Shown piece after piece: positions 1-12,595 of a stretch of 64,000 nucleotides of DNA. Within the stretch, counting starts at the first letter, position 1, and each line of letters begins with the position of its first letter. The notes beneath the pieces are model-generated. The model was given only the letters and a program-made list of their open reading frames with translations. It was not told the origin of the DNA and did not search any database. Made by a program: the position numbers and the translations under genes. The stretch comes from Mobula hypostoma (taxonomy: Eukaryota): NCBI RefSeq assembly GCF_963921235.1, contig NC_086114.1, forward strand, positions 57,598,001 through 57,662,000. Reading direction: 5' to 3'.

Positions 1-99
1 ACCTGTCACTAGATGACCAACTTCTTCAGTTATGGAAACAGTTACACTGGAACGTCTGCAGTAGTTCAAGAGAGCTAATCACCAACATCTTCACAAGGA

Positions 100-3050
100 C
101 AATTAAGCAAGTTAGGAAGAAGCAGAAGTTTGTTAGGTTTATCCAGGAGTGTTTCTTAAATCAATATGTATTCAGCTCAACAAGAGAACAGGCCACATTG
201 GACCTGGTGTTAGGTAATAAGTCTGGCCAGGTGATTGACCTTTCAGCAGGAGAACAATTAGGGAACAGTGATAACATTTCCTTAAATTTGAAGCTAGTTA
301 TAGATAAACACAAGTATGAAGCTTTCAGAAGAGCAGGGCAAATTATGAGAGGATTGGGCAAGAACTAGGGAAATCGGGAAGAGCTTTTTTTGGCAAGTCC
401 TCATCTGACACATGGAGGGTGTATGAAGTCCAACTGCACAGAATACAGGACAGGTATGTTCCAATAAGGAAGGAAGGAAGGAAGGAGGAATACAGGGTAA
501 AGGAACCCTGAATGTCAAGCGAGGTAGCAAATTTAGTCAAGAAGAGAAAGGAAAAGTATGCAAAGTTTAGAAAGCTAAGATCAAACAGGGCTCTTGAGGA
601 TTATAAGAAAGCCAGCAAAGAACTGCAGAAAAGAATTAGGAGAGCCAGGAGGGTCCATTAAAAGTACTTGGAAAGTAGGATTAAAGAGAACCTCCAGCCT
701 CTCTATACATACATCAAGAACAAGAGGATAACAAGGGAGCAGGAAGGACCAATCAAAGATAAAGCAGGGAACAACACACATCAAAGTTGCTGGTGAACGC
801 AGCAGGCGTTATGTGGAACATTTGCTTAGAGGCAGAGGATGTGGGCGTGGCCCTAAATCAGTACTTTGTATCAGTATTTATCAAAGAGGAGGTCATGGAG
901 GATAGTGAGATCAGTGTGGAGCATATTAATTATTTTGAAATAAAGATAGGTAATGTTGGGTCAAAACATTAAGGTGAACAAGCCCCAGGGCCTGAAGAAA
1001 TATACCCTAGGTTATTGAGAGAGGCAAGAGATGAGATTGCTGGACCTTGGCCAAGATCTTCATGTTCTCCCTTGCCACAGGCAAGATCTCAGAAGGTGAG
1101 AAAGTAAATTTGATTTACAGGCAGTCCCCAGGTTAGGAATGAGTTCCATTCCCAAGTCTGTCTTTAAGTCGGATTTGTACGCAAGTTGGAACAGGTTAGC
1201 CTATCCTTCGATGCCTTATGCCCTGGTGCACTTCGTTCCTCTTTCGAAATGTAGGCCCTTTCGGGCATAAGCCAGTCTCGTATACATCAAATATTTGGTC
1301 TGGCAAATAACCTCCCTCCTCAATTTTTTTTTCAACGTTTCAGGAAAATCACTCGCAGCACATACATCAGAACTCACTGCTTCACCTTGCACTTCAATAT
1401 TATGTAAATTTGCCCTCACTTTGAAACGTCCGAACCAATCCCTACTCGCAACAAATTCTTCATCACAGAGTGAAATAAACACGAGATGGGAATTATTGAT
1501 CCATAATTTTAACTCGTTTACCGTGTCCGTCAACAGAACAGAAACACTGTGGATTCGGCGGTGGGTCCTGAGCTCCCCCGGGTGCTAAAGTCCACCGGCA
1601 CTGAGACAGGTTAAATGGGACAAGTGGGGGGCAGTGCTGACTGGAAAGGGGGGGGGGGTCAGGGTGATTCTTGCTAAGAACAATTTAAGCCAAATACAAA
1701 GTTACACACTCAACACAGTGTTAACGGCAACATGATCTGACTTAAAATGGCGGACAGCGTTCTCCTTCCTCGAGCCGACGTGTTTTTAATATAATAGGCT
1801 TTATGGCAGTCCGTTCGTAAGTACGAGTTGTCTGTAAGTCCAACGTTCGTAACTCGGGGGATAACTGTATTCAAGAATGGAAATCAGGATAACCCTGGAA
1901 ACTATTGACCAGTAAGTCCCATTCCAGTGTATGGACATTACTGGAAGGGATTCTTGGGGATAGGATTTATAAACATTTGGAAAACAGTGGCTAATTAAGG
2001 ATTAGCAGCATAACTTTGTCACGGGCAAGTTGTGTCTTACTAACTTGATTGAGTTTTTCGAGAAGGATATGAAGGTGACTGACAAGAGTAGAGTTGTCTT
2101 GTTGACCACATGAGTTTAAACAAGATGGTTGACAAGGTCCCTCAACCAGAAGATTAAGATATATGAGATCTACAATGAATTTGTTGCTTGGATTCAGAAT
2201 TAGCTTGCCCATAGAATACAGGAGTAGCTGATGGGACTTATTCTGTCTGGAGGTCTGTGACCTTTGGTGTTCTGCAGGGATCTGTACCGGGACTGCTACT
2301 GTTTGTTATGCATATAAATTGCATGGATGAAAACGTGGATAAGTGGATTAGTAAATTCACAACAATGTTTTGCATATTGCAGATCAAAGGATACAGCAGG
2401 ATAGAGGTAAGTTGCAGATATCGGCAGCAGGAAAACAGATGGAATTTGACCCAGCCAAATACAAAGTTTTGCACTTTGAGAGATCAAATGTAAAGCGATG
2501 TACAGGGGGAGCTTGGGGTCCAAGTCCATAGCTCACTGAAAGTGGCTACTCAGGTTGATAAAGTGGTAAAAATGGCATATGCATGCTTGCCTTTATTGGT
2601 CAAGGAATTTCAAGAACAAGCTTTATAAAACTCTAGTTAGACTGCACCTGGAGTATTGTGTTATATAGAGATTGGACCCCTATTTTCTCTGGGACAGTGG
2701 AGGCTAAGGATAGTTCTACGAGATTATGAGAGGCATAGATAGAGTAGATGGACAGACCTTTTTATCCACAGGGATGAAATGACAACTACCAAATGCCATG
2801 CATCCAAGTTCAAAAGAGATGCATGGAACTTTTTTATTTTTGTACAGTGGGGGATGCCTGAAATGTGCTGCCCAGGGTGGTGGTGGAGGCAAATAAAATA
2901 AGGATTCAAGATATGAATGTGTAGGAAATGGACAGGTATGGATTTGTGTAGCATAAGTGATTAGTGTATGTTGGCATTTGATTACTTATTTAGTTTGACA
3001 CATTGCAGGCTGAAAGGCCTGTTCCTATACTGCTACACTGCCATGTTCTA
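100..3050 (+). mobile_element. Degraded CR1-clade LINE (ORF2 remnants through 3' UTR), interrupted by a Tigger element
   Basis: Remnants of LDLVL, GNYxPVS, GVxQGSV and LVRLHLEYC motifs; GGCTGAAAGGCCTGTTCC-type 3' end; many stops and frameshifts. Confidence 0.75.
1118..1867 (-). mobile_element. Internally deleted Tigger/pogo DNA transposon
   Basis: TA on both flanks; imperfect ~24-bp TIRs (CAGGCAGTCCCCAGGTTAGGAATG versus CAGTTATCCCCCGAGTTACGAACG); ORF 1216-1533 has FVASRDWFGRFK...LHNIEVQGEAVSSD, typical of the Tigger CENP-B/Tc5 HTH region. Confidence 0.8.
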
Positions 3051-3312
3051 ATGGTTTTGCCAGCAATGATCACATTTCATTAATAAAGTGAAAACAATGT
3101 TTGAATTCAGTATCTGGTTATTTGAAGAGCTGCAAACAATGCATCTATCCATATTGTTCCCATTAAAATGTACACCAACTTAATGTATTAATTTTTAAAA
3201 AGAATTGTAACCCTACTCCAAGAAAGAAATCAAGCATTACAGACATTAGCTAGTCTGTAGAATTTGAATATAGTGGAGGTTAGATGTGGTTGTATAGTCT
3301 TTGCCAGATTTA

Positions 3313-3950
3313 TAACCATATAACAATTACAGCACGGAAACAGGCCATCTTGGCCCTTCTAGTCCATGCCGAACTCTTACTCTCACCTAGTCCCACCAAT
3401 CTGCACTCAGCCCATAACCCTCCATTCCTTTCCTGTCCGTATATCTATCCAATTTAACTTTAAATGACAACATCGAACCTGCCTCAACCACTTCTGCTGG
3501 AAGCTCATTCCACACAGCTACCACTCTCTGAGTAAAGAAGTTCCCCCTCATGTTACCCCTAAACTTTTGCCCTTTAATTCTCAACTCATGTCCTCTTGTT
3601 TGAATCTCCCCCACTCTCCATGGAAAAAGCCTATCCACGTCAACTCTATCTATCCCCCTCATAATTTTAAATACCTCTATCAAGTCCCCCCTCAACCTTC
3701 TACACTCCAAAGAATAAAGACCCAACTTGTTCAACCTTTCTCTGTAACTTAGGAGATGAAACCCAGGCAACATTCTAGTACATCTCCTCTGTACTCTATC
3801 AATTTTATTGACATCTTTCCTATAATTCGGTGACCAGAACTGTACACAATACTCTATATTTGGCCTTACCATTGCCTTATACAATTTCAACATTACATCC
3901 CAACTCCTATACTCAATGCTCTGATTAATAAAGGCCAGCATACCAAAAGC
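3313..3950 (-). mobile_element. 5'-truncated, relatively young CR1 LINE 3' end
   Basis: Open 184-aa ORF2 C-terminus (LYKAMVRPNIEYCVQFWSP, RRLRGDLIEVFKI, TRGH, FFTQRVV) followed by 3' UTR. Confidence 0.9.
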
Positions 3951-4457
3951 TTTAGGATAAACATGGAAAAAAAACCCTCAAATCAGGTTACCAGGTGCCA
4001 AAAATAAAGTGAAATTGGAGAATTTGTCTTGCATCAAAGAGTGTTTTAGGGAAGTCTTGTGCCCTGGAGTTCCCCCTCACATTCAGCTGTAAAGACTGAC
4101 AAAGCTCAACAAGCAGTTAAAGTGTTGTGGCTTCATTACATGGGAGCCGTGGCATGTTTACTTAACTTTTAGATAGGTTAGCAAGCAGTTTATGATAAAA
4201 CAGGTTTTTTTTTTGACAAGTTCACACATTGGGAGGCACTGCCTACCACTGTGCTGTTCAAATGCCTAACAAAAACCTGAACAGCCATTTGAAAGCTGGT
4301 CAGAGTTCTCCAGAAACCATGAATACAGGCCCTTCAGCCACCAATTCTATGCTGATCATCAACCACCCATTTACATTAGTTCTGAATATTTATTCAATTA
4401 AATAGATTTAATAACTACACTTTCAATTAAATAAGCAAAAAAGTGAAAAGCATTTAC

Positions 4458-4541
4458 CTCAGCAGCATCAAAAATCTTCACTACAGCATCAGATATCTCT
4501 GGGCCAATGCCATCACCTGGGATTAAGGTTACAGTTCGTAT
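4458..4541 (-). CDS. IDH3A: IDH3A coding exon 3 ([28 protein letters not shown])
   Basis: TTGTTTCAG acceptor, GTAAAT donor, 84 nt; hallmark [12 protein letters not shown] motif; later exons not found and presumably lie left of the window. Confidence 0.95.
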
Positions 4542-6282
4542 CTGAAACAATAAATTAATAGTTTAAACAAGTCCCAAGAACATTGAATCTTATAAATTTT
4601 GTTTAGGGTATTTTAAAAGTGGGATTACATTTACAAAACTGGTTTCTACAGTCATTTTACCTAACACTGGTGACCTAGTTACTGCAAAATATATATTGTT
4701 TATAATCCTGCATCTTTTTCTCCTATGCGTGTACAGTTGATGCTGGAAACAAATGCAAATTAGTTTTGTATCTGGAATTGTTAACTGTTGTAAGATGTCT
4801 AAATGGCAACATATTTTTAGCAGTTTACATACAGTGTCAAAGATGGAAACACAAAAGGACATGAAGCAACTGCATGCGAAGCATTTGTAATTTGTCAGTT
4901 ATTTTTAGCCTACCCGTGCCTCATGATTTCATAACTACATATTTTTATTTCACAACATAGGTTAACAATCTGCCAAGTTGTTTGCTAGCACAGTACATTA
5001 ATGCAGAGACAAGTACTGCAATTTCAATAGTGAGACTTCCCATGGACATCACAATTATCCAGAATGTTCATTATATTTCTTTACTAGAAACTATTCAATG
5101 TAGAAATTACAAACGAGGCATTTATGCTCAAAGTGTCATTTTCCCACTGCTTTAAAAATCTGGTTTGAGAGCAAGAAAACTCAATTAGACACAATTACTA
5201 TTTCAAAAAAGGATGCCTCCCTTATTCTAATATGTTTGCATTAGGGAGACCTCACCACTATTTAGAGATATATTATACGTGAGGTAGCCAATTTATTTGG
5301 ACATCTATCTAACACAACCATTACTATTTCAGATGGTAAATTAACTAATAATGCTGGAGTTGAACACCCTTTCTTTCCCAACCCATAATCAATATTTAAT
5401 AAGAAGTGCTTCAAGTACCAGAAAGTTGTAAATACTTTTTATCCAAAATTCAGTTTACTATTTGTTCAATATCTTCGCTTTTTTAAAAAAAGATAAATTT
5501 CCTCTGACTGTGAAAGCATAAGAAACACGTATCATATTAAGCAAGCTCTGTACTTCAATCTTGTGGTTTGTAGTCTTTGGTTATTCCTCCAATTTTCTGC
5601 TGAATTTTCAATAACACCCAACTCCAACTGTATTCCAAAAAAAAAACTTATTCTTGAATACTTTAAATGACTAAACATTCACATAACTTTGGGGTGGAGA
5701 ATTTCAAAGATGCACAACACAAATGAAGAAATTTTGCCACATCTCATTGGCGATCTCTTTATGACACAATGCCCTCTAGTCCATGACCCACACCATGTGA
5801 AATCTGCATTTTGTACCTAGCTTGTCAAGCCCTCTCAAAAATCTTGCATATTTAAATAAGATTCCATCTCATTCTTTCAAGCTACATAAAGGACAGGGCC
5901 ATGTCACTCAATCTTCTTTCCTCCACTCCTCCCAGACAATCCCCAAATCCCAGAATTCAATTTAACAGTTCAATGAGGATTCAGCTCCAAGGATATATTT
6001 CCTTTATTTGAGGAAAGAAAGTCCACAAGATAGACTGTGTGGTTTTGCTAAAGATTTAACACAATTTCAGGGCAACTAGGATTAGCAGGGTTCCAGTATG
6101 AAGACAACACAGCTGGAACCCGAGCTCACATGCTCTGATTGTGTGTACAGGCTCTACGGGCTTACTAAACCACTGGCCTGAGCAGCTGGTCATTAATTAA
6201 CTGCTTCTCTCCCTTCAGGGACTGCCTGACTTGTCGTATTTATGTTTTTACTTCAGATTTTCAGTATCTTGCTGTTACTGAA

Positions 6283-6610
6283 AGACCTGAAATAGAGTGG
6301 ACATGGAGAGGATATTTCCATCAGTGGAAAAGTCTAGGATCCATGGGCACAGCTTCAGAATAAGGGGTCATCACTTTAGAACTGAAATCTGGAGGAATTT
6401 CTTCAGCCTGAAGTTGGTAAATCTGTAGAATTTATTGCCACAGGTGTATTTAAGGCAGAACTGATAGGTTCTTAATTGGTAAGGAGGTGAAGGGTTACAG
6501 GGAGAAGACAGGAGGATGGGATTGAAAAAGAAAATCACCCATGTTAGCATGTTGGATCAGACTCAATGGGCCAAACAGCTAATTCTGCTCCCACATCTTC
6601 TGGCCTTATG
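6283..6610 (+). mobile_element. CR1 LINE 3' fragment
   Basis: Degenerate RxRGHS/FFS remnants and ATGGGCCAAACAGCTAATTCTGCTCC tail shared with 23600-23650 and 42170-42218. Confidence 0.65.
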
Positions 6611-6681
6611 ATCTTCAGCTTTTCCATTGTTTGACCACACCCTGACAGCAGTTCTGGGTACCAGAAGAAGTTATTTCTTTG

Positions 6682-7670
6682 ATGCTGGAAATCATTGATT
6701 TTCATTTTCTGCAACAAATATACACGCAAGACAAAATGCTGCAGTATTCTGAAACACTTGAATTGTCTTTCTATTATCCATACAAGGCACAGAGGAGCCT
6801 AGACCACGCTGTGCATTAATACAAAGAATAACCTTTGGGTGATGGGTGATGGGTGATCATGGTTTTGACCATGATTGTTGTGGGCAAATTTTTCTACAGA
6901 AATGGTTTGCCATTGCTTTCTTCTGGGCAGTGTCTTTACAAGAGGGGTGACTCTAGCCATTATCAGTACTCTTCAGAGATTGTCTGCCTAGTGTCAGTGG
7001 TTGCATAATGAGGACCTGTGATATACGCCAGTTGCTCATATGACAGTCCGCCACCTGCTCCCATGGCTTCACTCGACCCTGATCAGGGGGCTAAGCAGGT
7101 GCTGCTACACCTTGCCCAAGGGTGAAAGAACGTGGAGGGAAGGAACACCTTACACCTCCTTTGGTATAGACGCATCCCCACCTTCGATCTGAGATTAAAC
7201 TTAAGAATTGACTGTTAGTAAAGATTTCTAAGCCTCAACACCCTTAAGAAGTGCTTCTTGACTTCACTATAGTTCTTCAGATGTGATCGCAGACCTAGAA
7301 ATACCAGATTGTTGGATGTTAGTTTCCTTTAATAACTTTCCGACACATATGCACCTTCTCAAGGACACTGATTCAAAGAACAAATATAAACACAACGCTC
7401 AGCATGCAGAAACAGAAAATGCCAACAACATTCAGCAGCTTAGGCAGCATAATAAGAAATAAATTTAAAAGTAAATAGTCAAAATGTTTTAAGTCAGAAA
7501 CCCTTCATGAGAACATTAAAACCATATGCAGGAAATAATTGATTTTCATTTTCTCCAATGAATGTACATGTGGGACAAAATGCTGCAGTGTTCTGAAACA
7601 CTTGAATTGTCTTTCTATTATGCACACTAGGCACAGCATAACCTGGACCATGCTGTGCATTAATATAAAG
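6682..7670. repeat. Local ~145-bp direct duplication (6682-6826 and 7526-7670) in IDH3A intron 2
   Basis: Collinear match including TTGATTTTCATTTTCT, GACAAAATGCTGCAGT, TTCTGAAACACTTGAATTGTCTTTCTATTAT and GCTGTGCATTAAT. Confidence 0.85.
6845..7185 (-). mobile_element. Probable SINE-like/RTE-associated short element
   Basis: TGGTTTGCCATTGCTTTCTTC motif resembling RTE/BovB-associated SINE segments; (GTGATGG)n at one end. Confidence 0.35.
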
Positions 7671-7798
7671 TTATGGTTATATGATAATGAATAAACAGCA
7701 TTAAAGAGAATATCTCACACAACACAGTCAGATCAACAGAATCATAAGCACATTTAGGCAAAGGTCACAGCGACCCTGAGAAAGGCTGAAATACTAAC

Positions 7799-7858
7799 AT
7801 CAGACAAGGTCCTGGCGACTGGTTGGTGACTCTTTACTGCTCCCATTACACGGGAAAC
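7799..7858 (-). CDS. IDH3A: IDH3A coding exon 2 (VSRVMGAVKSHQPVARTLSD), targeting presequence
   Basis: TTTGTCTTTCAG acceptor, GTTAGT donor, 60 nt phase 0-0; resembles human VSRLLGAFHNPKQVTR. Confidence 0.85.
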
Positions 7859-8549
7859 CTGAAAGACAAAACAGAGAAATGCCACTGCAATTTCATCTGG
7901 CTCAGCTAACTCATCACCCCCGAATTCCCCCATCTCACTCTAGACATTCCTTCAACCCCAGGCTCAGCTTGCACTTATTACACCCCATCTTGTTATATAT
8001 CTTTCACGATAGAGTTAATGTGGCCCATCAAATCTGCTAGCTACCAAAGCATTCCCATTACCCCACTTATTACCATGACCTATACTTTCTGACATAGTCA
8101 TCAACTTCCCATCCACTGTCCACAAAAGAGAGGAACAATTCACAGTTGTCAATTAACCTACTGGGGCATAGAGAAAACTGAAGCACTAGGGGAAAGCTAC
8201 AGCCACAGGGAGAACACAAAGTTCAGCAGCCAATAACATTACTGAATCCAATTCATGGAACTACAGGATAACAATGTAAAATGCTGTAGCAACCATAATC
8301 TGTGGCACAAGGTCCTTCACCTTGCCTTCTTAGCCTCCTTCTGTCACCCCACACCTGCTCTACCCAAACCAACCATTCCAGGGTCCCATCACCCTTAGAG
8401 CCTCAGCATCTTAATGCCCTAGACACCCCAACACACCCACGCTATAGGTTCCCAAGATCTTCCCCCACACCCAAGGATGGCAGCTCTCTCCCCTTCCATC
8501 AGCTCCTCCTCCTCCTCCTTAATTACCCTCACTGCCCTTCCTATCCACA

Positions 8550-9700
8550 TACTTCATTGACCTGTCCACAGTTCAGGGCCTGAGCAACTAGACCCTGCCC
8601 TCCAGTATCCAGCTCCATCCAGTCCATGCCCACTTGGGAACACGACAAACATCTCATAGTGAGTCGGGAGGGACACCATTCCCCACGCCATCCCCACGTG
8701 TACCCAGAACCTACTACCCTTTAAATGACCCTCCGGCTGATCAACCCTGGCCCGATGCCAAATGCCCGCCCACGTCGGCGGCTCCTCTTCCGCCCGCTCC
8801 GCGTCCATGTGGCTCGAGCATCCAGGCGTCAGCAGCAAACATGTTGCGGCCTCGCCTCTCAGGGTGCTCCATAACGGATGCCAAGGTACGAGAAAGCTCC
8901 AGCCCCAGGCACCGAGCCCGGACTCCATCGCCTCAGTCCCCCTCACCGTGCTCCTCCACAAGCCAGCCGCCATCTTCGCGCTGCACTACTCGAACCAGCA
9001 GCTCCGTGATTCCCCTCTCTCAGTCACCATAGGACCCGGCCACTACCAATCACTGGCCCCGCTCTGCTGGAGTCCCGCCCCATCCTGTCACCATAGGAAC
9101 CAGCCCGTACCAATCATACACTCAGGTATGCCGCAGTTTTCATCCTCCTCCTCCTCCTCCTCCTCCCCCTCCCCTCTTCATTCCAACTGCTCCATGTCAA
9201 TCACAGGCTCCGGGCAGCCCAAACCCGACCCGTCAAGAGAGGGAGATACCAGGTTCGGGCGACGTCCATTGCATAGGTCATCCCCGCAATCACGCGTTGG
9301 ATCTGGTAAATCAGCGCACCCAATGTTGTCATTCTGCCATAGGACGAGAACCCTGTCAATCAGATACCCGCAGTTGGAAAGTCCCACCCCCAATCGACCG
9401 TGGTACCAGGATACGATCCATCGGAATTCTCTGACCCCCCCCGCCGGTCTGATAACCAGGAGAGGCCGCTGAGCGACCAGGCGCAAGAATTCATCGGGTC
9501 GCTTTTATCAGGACTCGGGTTATCCGGGCAAGCTAAATCCACTCTAATGCGCCAGTTGTCATTGGCACCTCGTGCAGTTTCTGATTCAGGGTCCGAAGCA
9601 GCTTCAGACTACTGGCCGCAGTGTGCCTCGATCGGAAAGTCCTGGATTGGTCCCGCTTCAGGGTCCATCTTCCTGAATGCTCTCTAAGGTGAAGGTATCC
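8550..9700 (-). promoter_or_regulatory. CpG-island promoter of IDH3A with YY1-like GCCGCCATCTT at the start codon, GC box, CCAAT boxes and X-box-like motifs
   Basis: Marked local GC/CpG enrichment; GCCGCCATCTT ~8966-8976; CCAAT 9046-9050 and 9110-9114; CCCGCCCC ~9074-9081; GTCACCATAGGAAC 9087-9100. Confidence 0.7.
8947..8973 (-). CDS. IDH3A: IDH3A coding exon 1 (MAAGLWRST), mitochondrial NAD-dependent isocitrate dehydrogenase alpha subunit
   Basis: ATG in AAGATGGCG context within a CpG-rich region; 27 nt then GTGAGG donor; phase 0 joins exon 2; same length as human MAGPAWISK segment. Confidence 0.85.
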
Positions 9701-12595
9701 CGGGACAGTATTGAAACTGGAGAGTTCTTGAAGCGTCACAGGAGTATGGCACATGAGAGTTGTAAGGGAACAATGCAAGTTCCTTTGCTCTCTTATAGCA
9801 CATTTGAAGCCCCATCTTTACCGCAATAAAAAGAGAATTTTCAGGCTTGCAGCTCCCCATTTTTGGGATTTGGCCTCAGTGGACCAAACAACCGTCATTT
9901 CCCGATACTCTGGTATATAGTACTAATTAATATTGCAAATACTGCAGACATGAAGGTACATGGTCAGGCTAGTCAACTCCTCACGCTGGCTTCAGAATCA
10001 GATTTAATGTTACTGGCAATGTCGTGAAATATGCTATTTTGCGGCAGAAGTACAGTGCAATACATAATTAAAATATACATTATCTCTCACATACAGTGGC
10101 ATGCAAAAGTTTGGGCACCCCTGGTCAAAATTTCTGTTCCTGTGAATAGCTAAGCGAGTAAAAGATTACCTGATTTCCAAAAGGCATAAAGTTAAAGATA
10201 ACATATTTCTTTTTTAAGCAAGATTACATTTTTATTTCCATCTTTTACAGTTTCAAAATAACAAAAAAGAAAAAGGGCCTGAAGCAAAAGTGTGGGCACC
10301 CTGCATGTTCAGTACTTAGTAACACCCCCTTTGGCAAGTATCACAGCTTGTAAACACTTTCTGCAGCCAGCTAAGATTCTTTCAATTCTTGTTTGGGGGA
10401 TTTTCACCCATTATTCCTTGCAAAAGGCTTCTAGTTCTGTGAGATTCTTGGGCCGTCTTGCTTGCACTGCCCTTTTGAGGACTATCCACAGATTTTCGAT
10501 GATGTTTAGGTCGGGGGACTGTGAGGGTCATGGCAAAACCTTCAGCTTGTGCCTCTTGAGGTAGTCCATTGTGGATTTTGAGGTGTGTTTAGGATCATTA
10601 TCCTGTTGTAGAAACCATCCCCTTTTCATCTTCAGCTTTTTTTTTACAGACAGTGTGATGTTTGCTGGTATTTAATTGAATTCATTCTTCCTCTACCTTG
10701 AAATGTTCCCCGTGCCATTGGCTGCAACACAAGCCCAAAGCATGATCGATCCACCCCCATGCTTAACAGTGGAGAGGTGTTCTTTTCATGAAATTCTGCA
10801 CCCTTTTTTCTCCAAACATACCTTTGCTCATTGTGGCCAAAAAGTTCTATTTTAACTTCATCAGTCCACAGGACTTGTTTCCAGAATGCAATGATGTTCC
10901 TTTGCAAATTTCTGATGCTGAATTTTGTGGTGAGGACGCAGGAAAGGTTTTCTTCTGATGACTCTTCCATGAAGGTCATATCTGTGCAGGTGTCGCTGCA
11001 CAGTAGAACAGTGCACCACCACTCCAGAGTATGCTAAATCTCCCTGAAGGTCTTTTGCAGTCAAACAGGGGTTTTGATTTGTCTTTCTAGCAATCCTACG
11101 AGCAGTTCTCTCAGAAAGTTTTCTTGGTCTTCCAGACCTTAACTTGACTTCCACTGTTCCTGTTAACTGCCATTTCTTAATTACATTATGAACTGAGGAA
11201 ACGGCTACCTGAAAACGCTTTGCTATCTTCTTATAGCCTTCTCCTGCTTTGTGGGCATCATTTATTTTAATTTTCAGAGTGCTAGGCAGCTGCTGAGAGG
11301 AGCCCATGGCTGCTGATTGTTGGGACAAGGTTTCAGGAGTCAGAGTATTTATAAAGCTTTGAAATTTGCATCACCTGGCCTTTCCTAACAATGACTATGA
11401 ACAAGCCATAGCCCTAACAAGCGAATTAAGGTCTGAGACCTTGGTAAAAGTTATCTAAGAGCTCAAATCTCTTGGGGTGCCCAAACTTTTGCAGGGTGCT
11501 CCTTTTCTTTTTCTCCCTCTAAAATTGTACAAAACAAAAATAATACATTAATCTTGCTTAAAATGTTGAAAAGAATGTTTCATCTTTAACTTAATGACTT
11601 TTGGAGATCAGTTGATCTTCTACTCAATTATTCACAGTGTTACGAGAATACACATAAAATTAAGATGTTTGCTGGCCTGGGCTAGCATCAGTGGCATCAG
11701 CAGTTGGTCTGCCACCTGCCCTCAGGGGAAGGAGAGATAAGGAACAATGGAGCAGCGTCTGGAGATGTGTAATGAAGGGATGTGGGAGGAAGAGCTGTCT
11801 GGAGCGGCTCCCCCCTTTGAACCTTGAACTTTTTGAAGTGATGGACAGGCGATACCCCAGCAGGGGGATAAAAAGGGACAGGTTCGCTAAGACAGACACA
11901 CACGCCACCCGAGGTAACGAGACCCTGGAAGCGGTGCGCTTCTCACGAGTGGGTGAGAAGTATCGGACAACGACAAGGGTGGAAAGGTACGATCAGCGGG
12001 AACCCGGTGTGTGTCCGCCCTTGCCTGGGTGCCGGGTTCACTGCAGAGGATCGACCGCATCTGGAGGAGGGGTCACAGTCGGTGACCTCAGGTGACATCA
12101 CCAAGGACCTGCCCAAAAGCTGTCTGTGAGCCATCCCGCTGGTCTGTGAGTGAAGCAGTGTTCTGAATGATCAGTTGTTCCTATTCTGTCTCTCTTCCCC
12201 CACCTTGTCCATCGCCATGGCAACGATTACTGCGAACTGAACTACAAACTGGACTGAACTTTGAGTCATTTTGAAATTGGTCATTTACCCCTAGACAACG
12301 ATAGAGCTTGATTGATGCTGTTATCTTAATTCTGTGCACATGTGTGGTTATCATTGTTGAATTGTTGCATTTATTATCCTTTCGATTACTGTGTTGCTTG
12401 TTTCTTTAATAAAACTTTCTTAGTTCTAGTACTCCAGACTCCAACTGAGTGATCCATTTCTGCTGGTTTGGCAACCCAGTTACGGGGTACGTAACATAAG
12501 TGGGGTTCTCGTCCGCGATTTTGAACGCTAAATTTGGGACGGAGTAAATTGATTGGGTTAAAATTCCCGAAAGAAAGAAAAGACAAACAGCAGAA

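Noticed and set aside
8302-9687. Long overlapping ORFs (e.g. 8762-9472, 236 aa; 8554-8973, 139 aa)
   Set aside because: Low-complexity P/S/R-rich translations expected from a CpG island; only the first 9 codons of 8554-8973 are IDH3A exon 1, the rest is intron read-through
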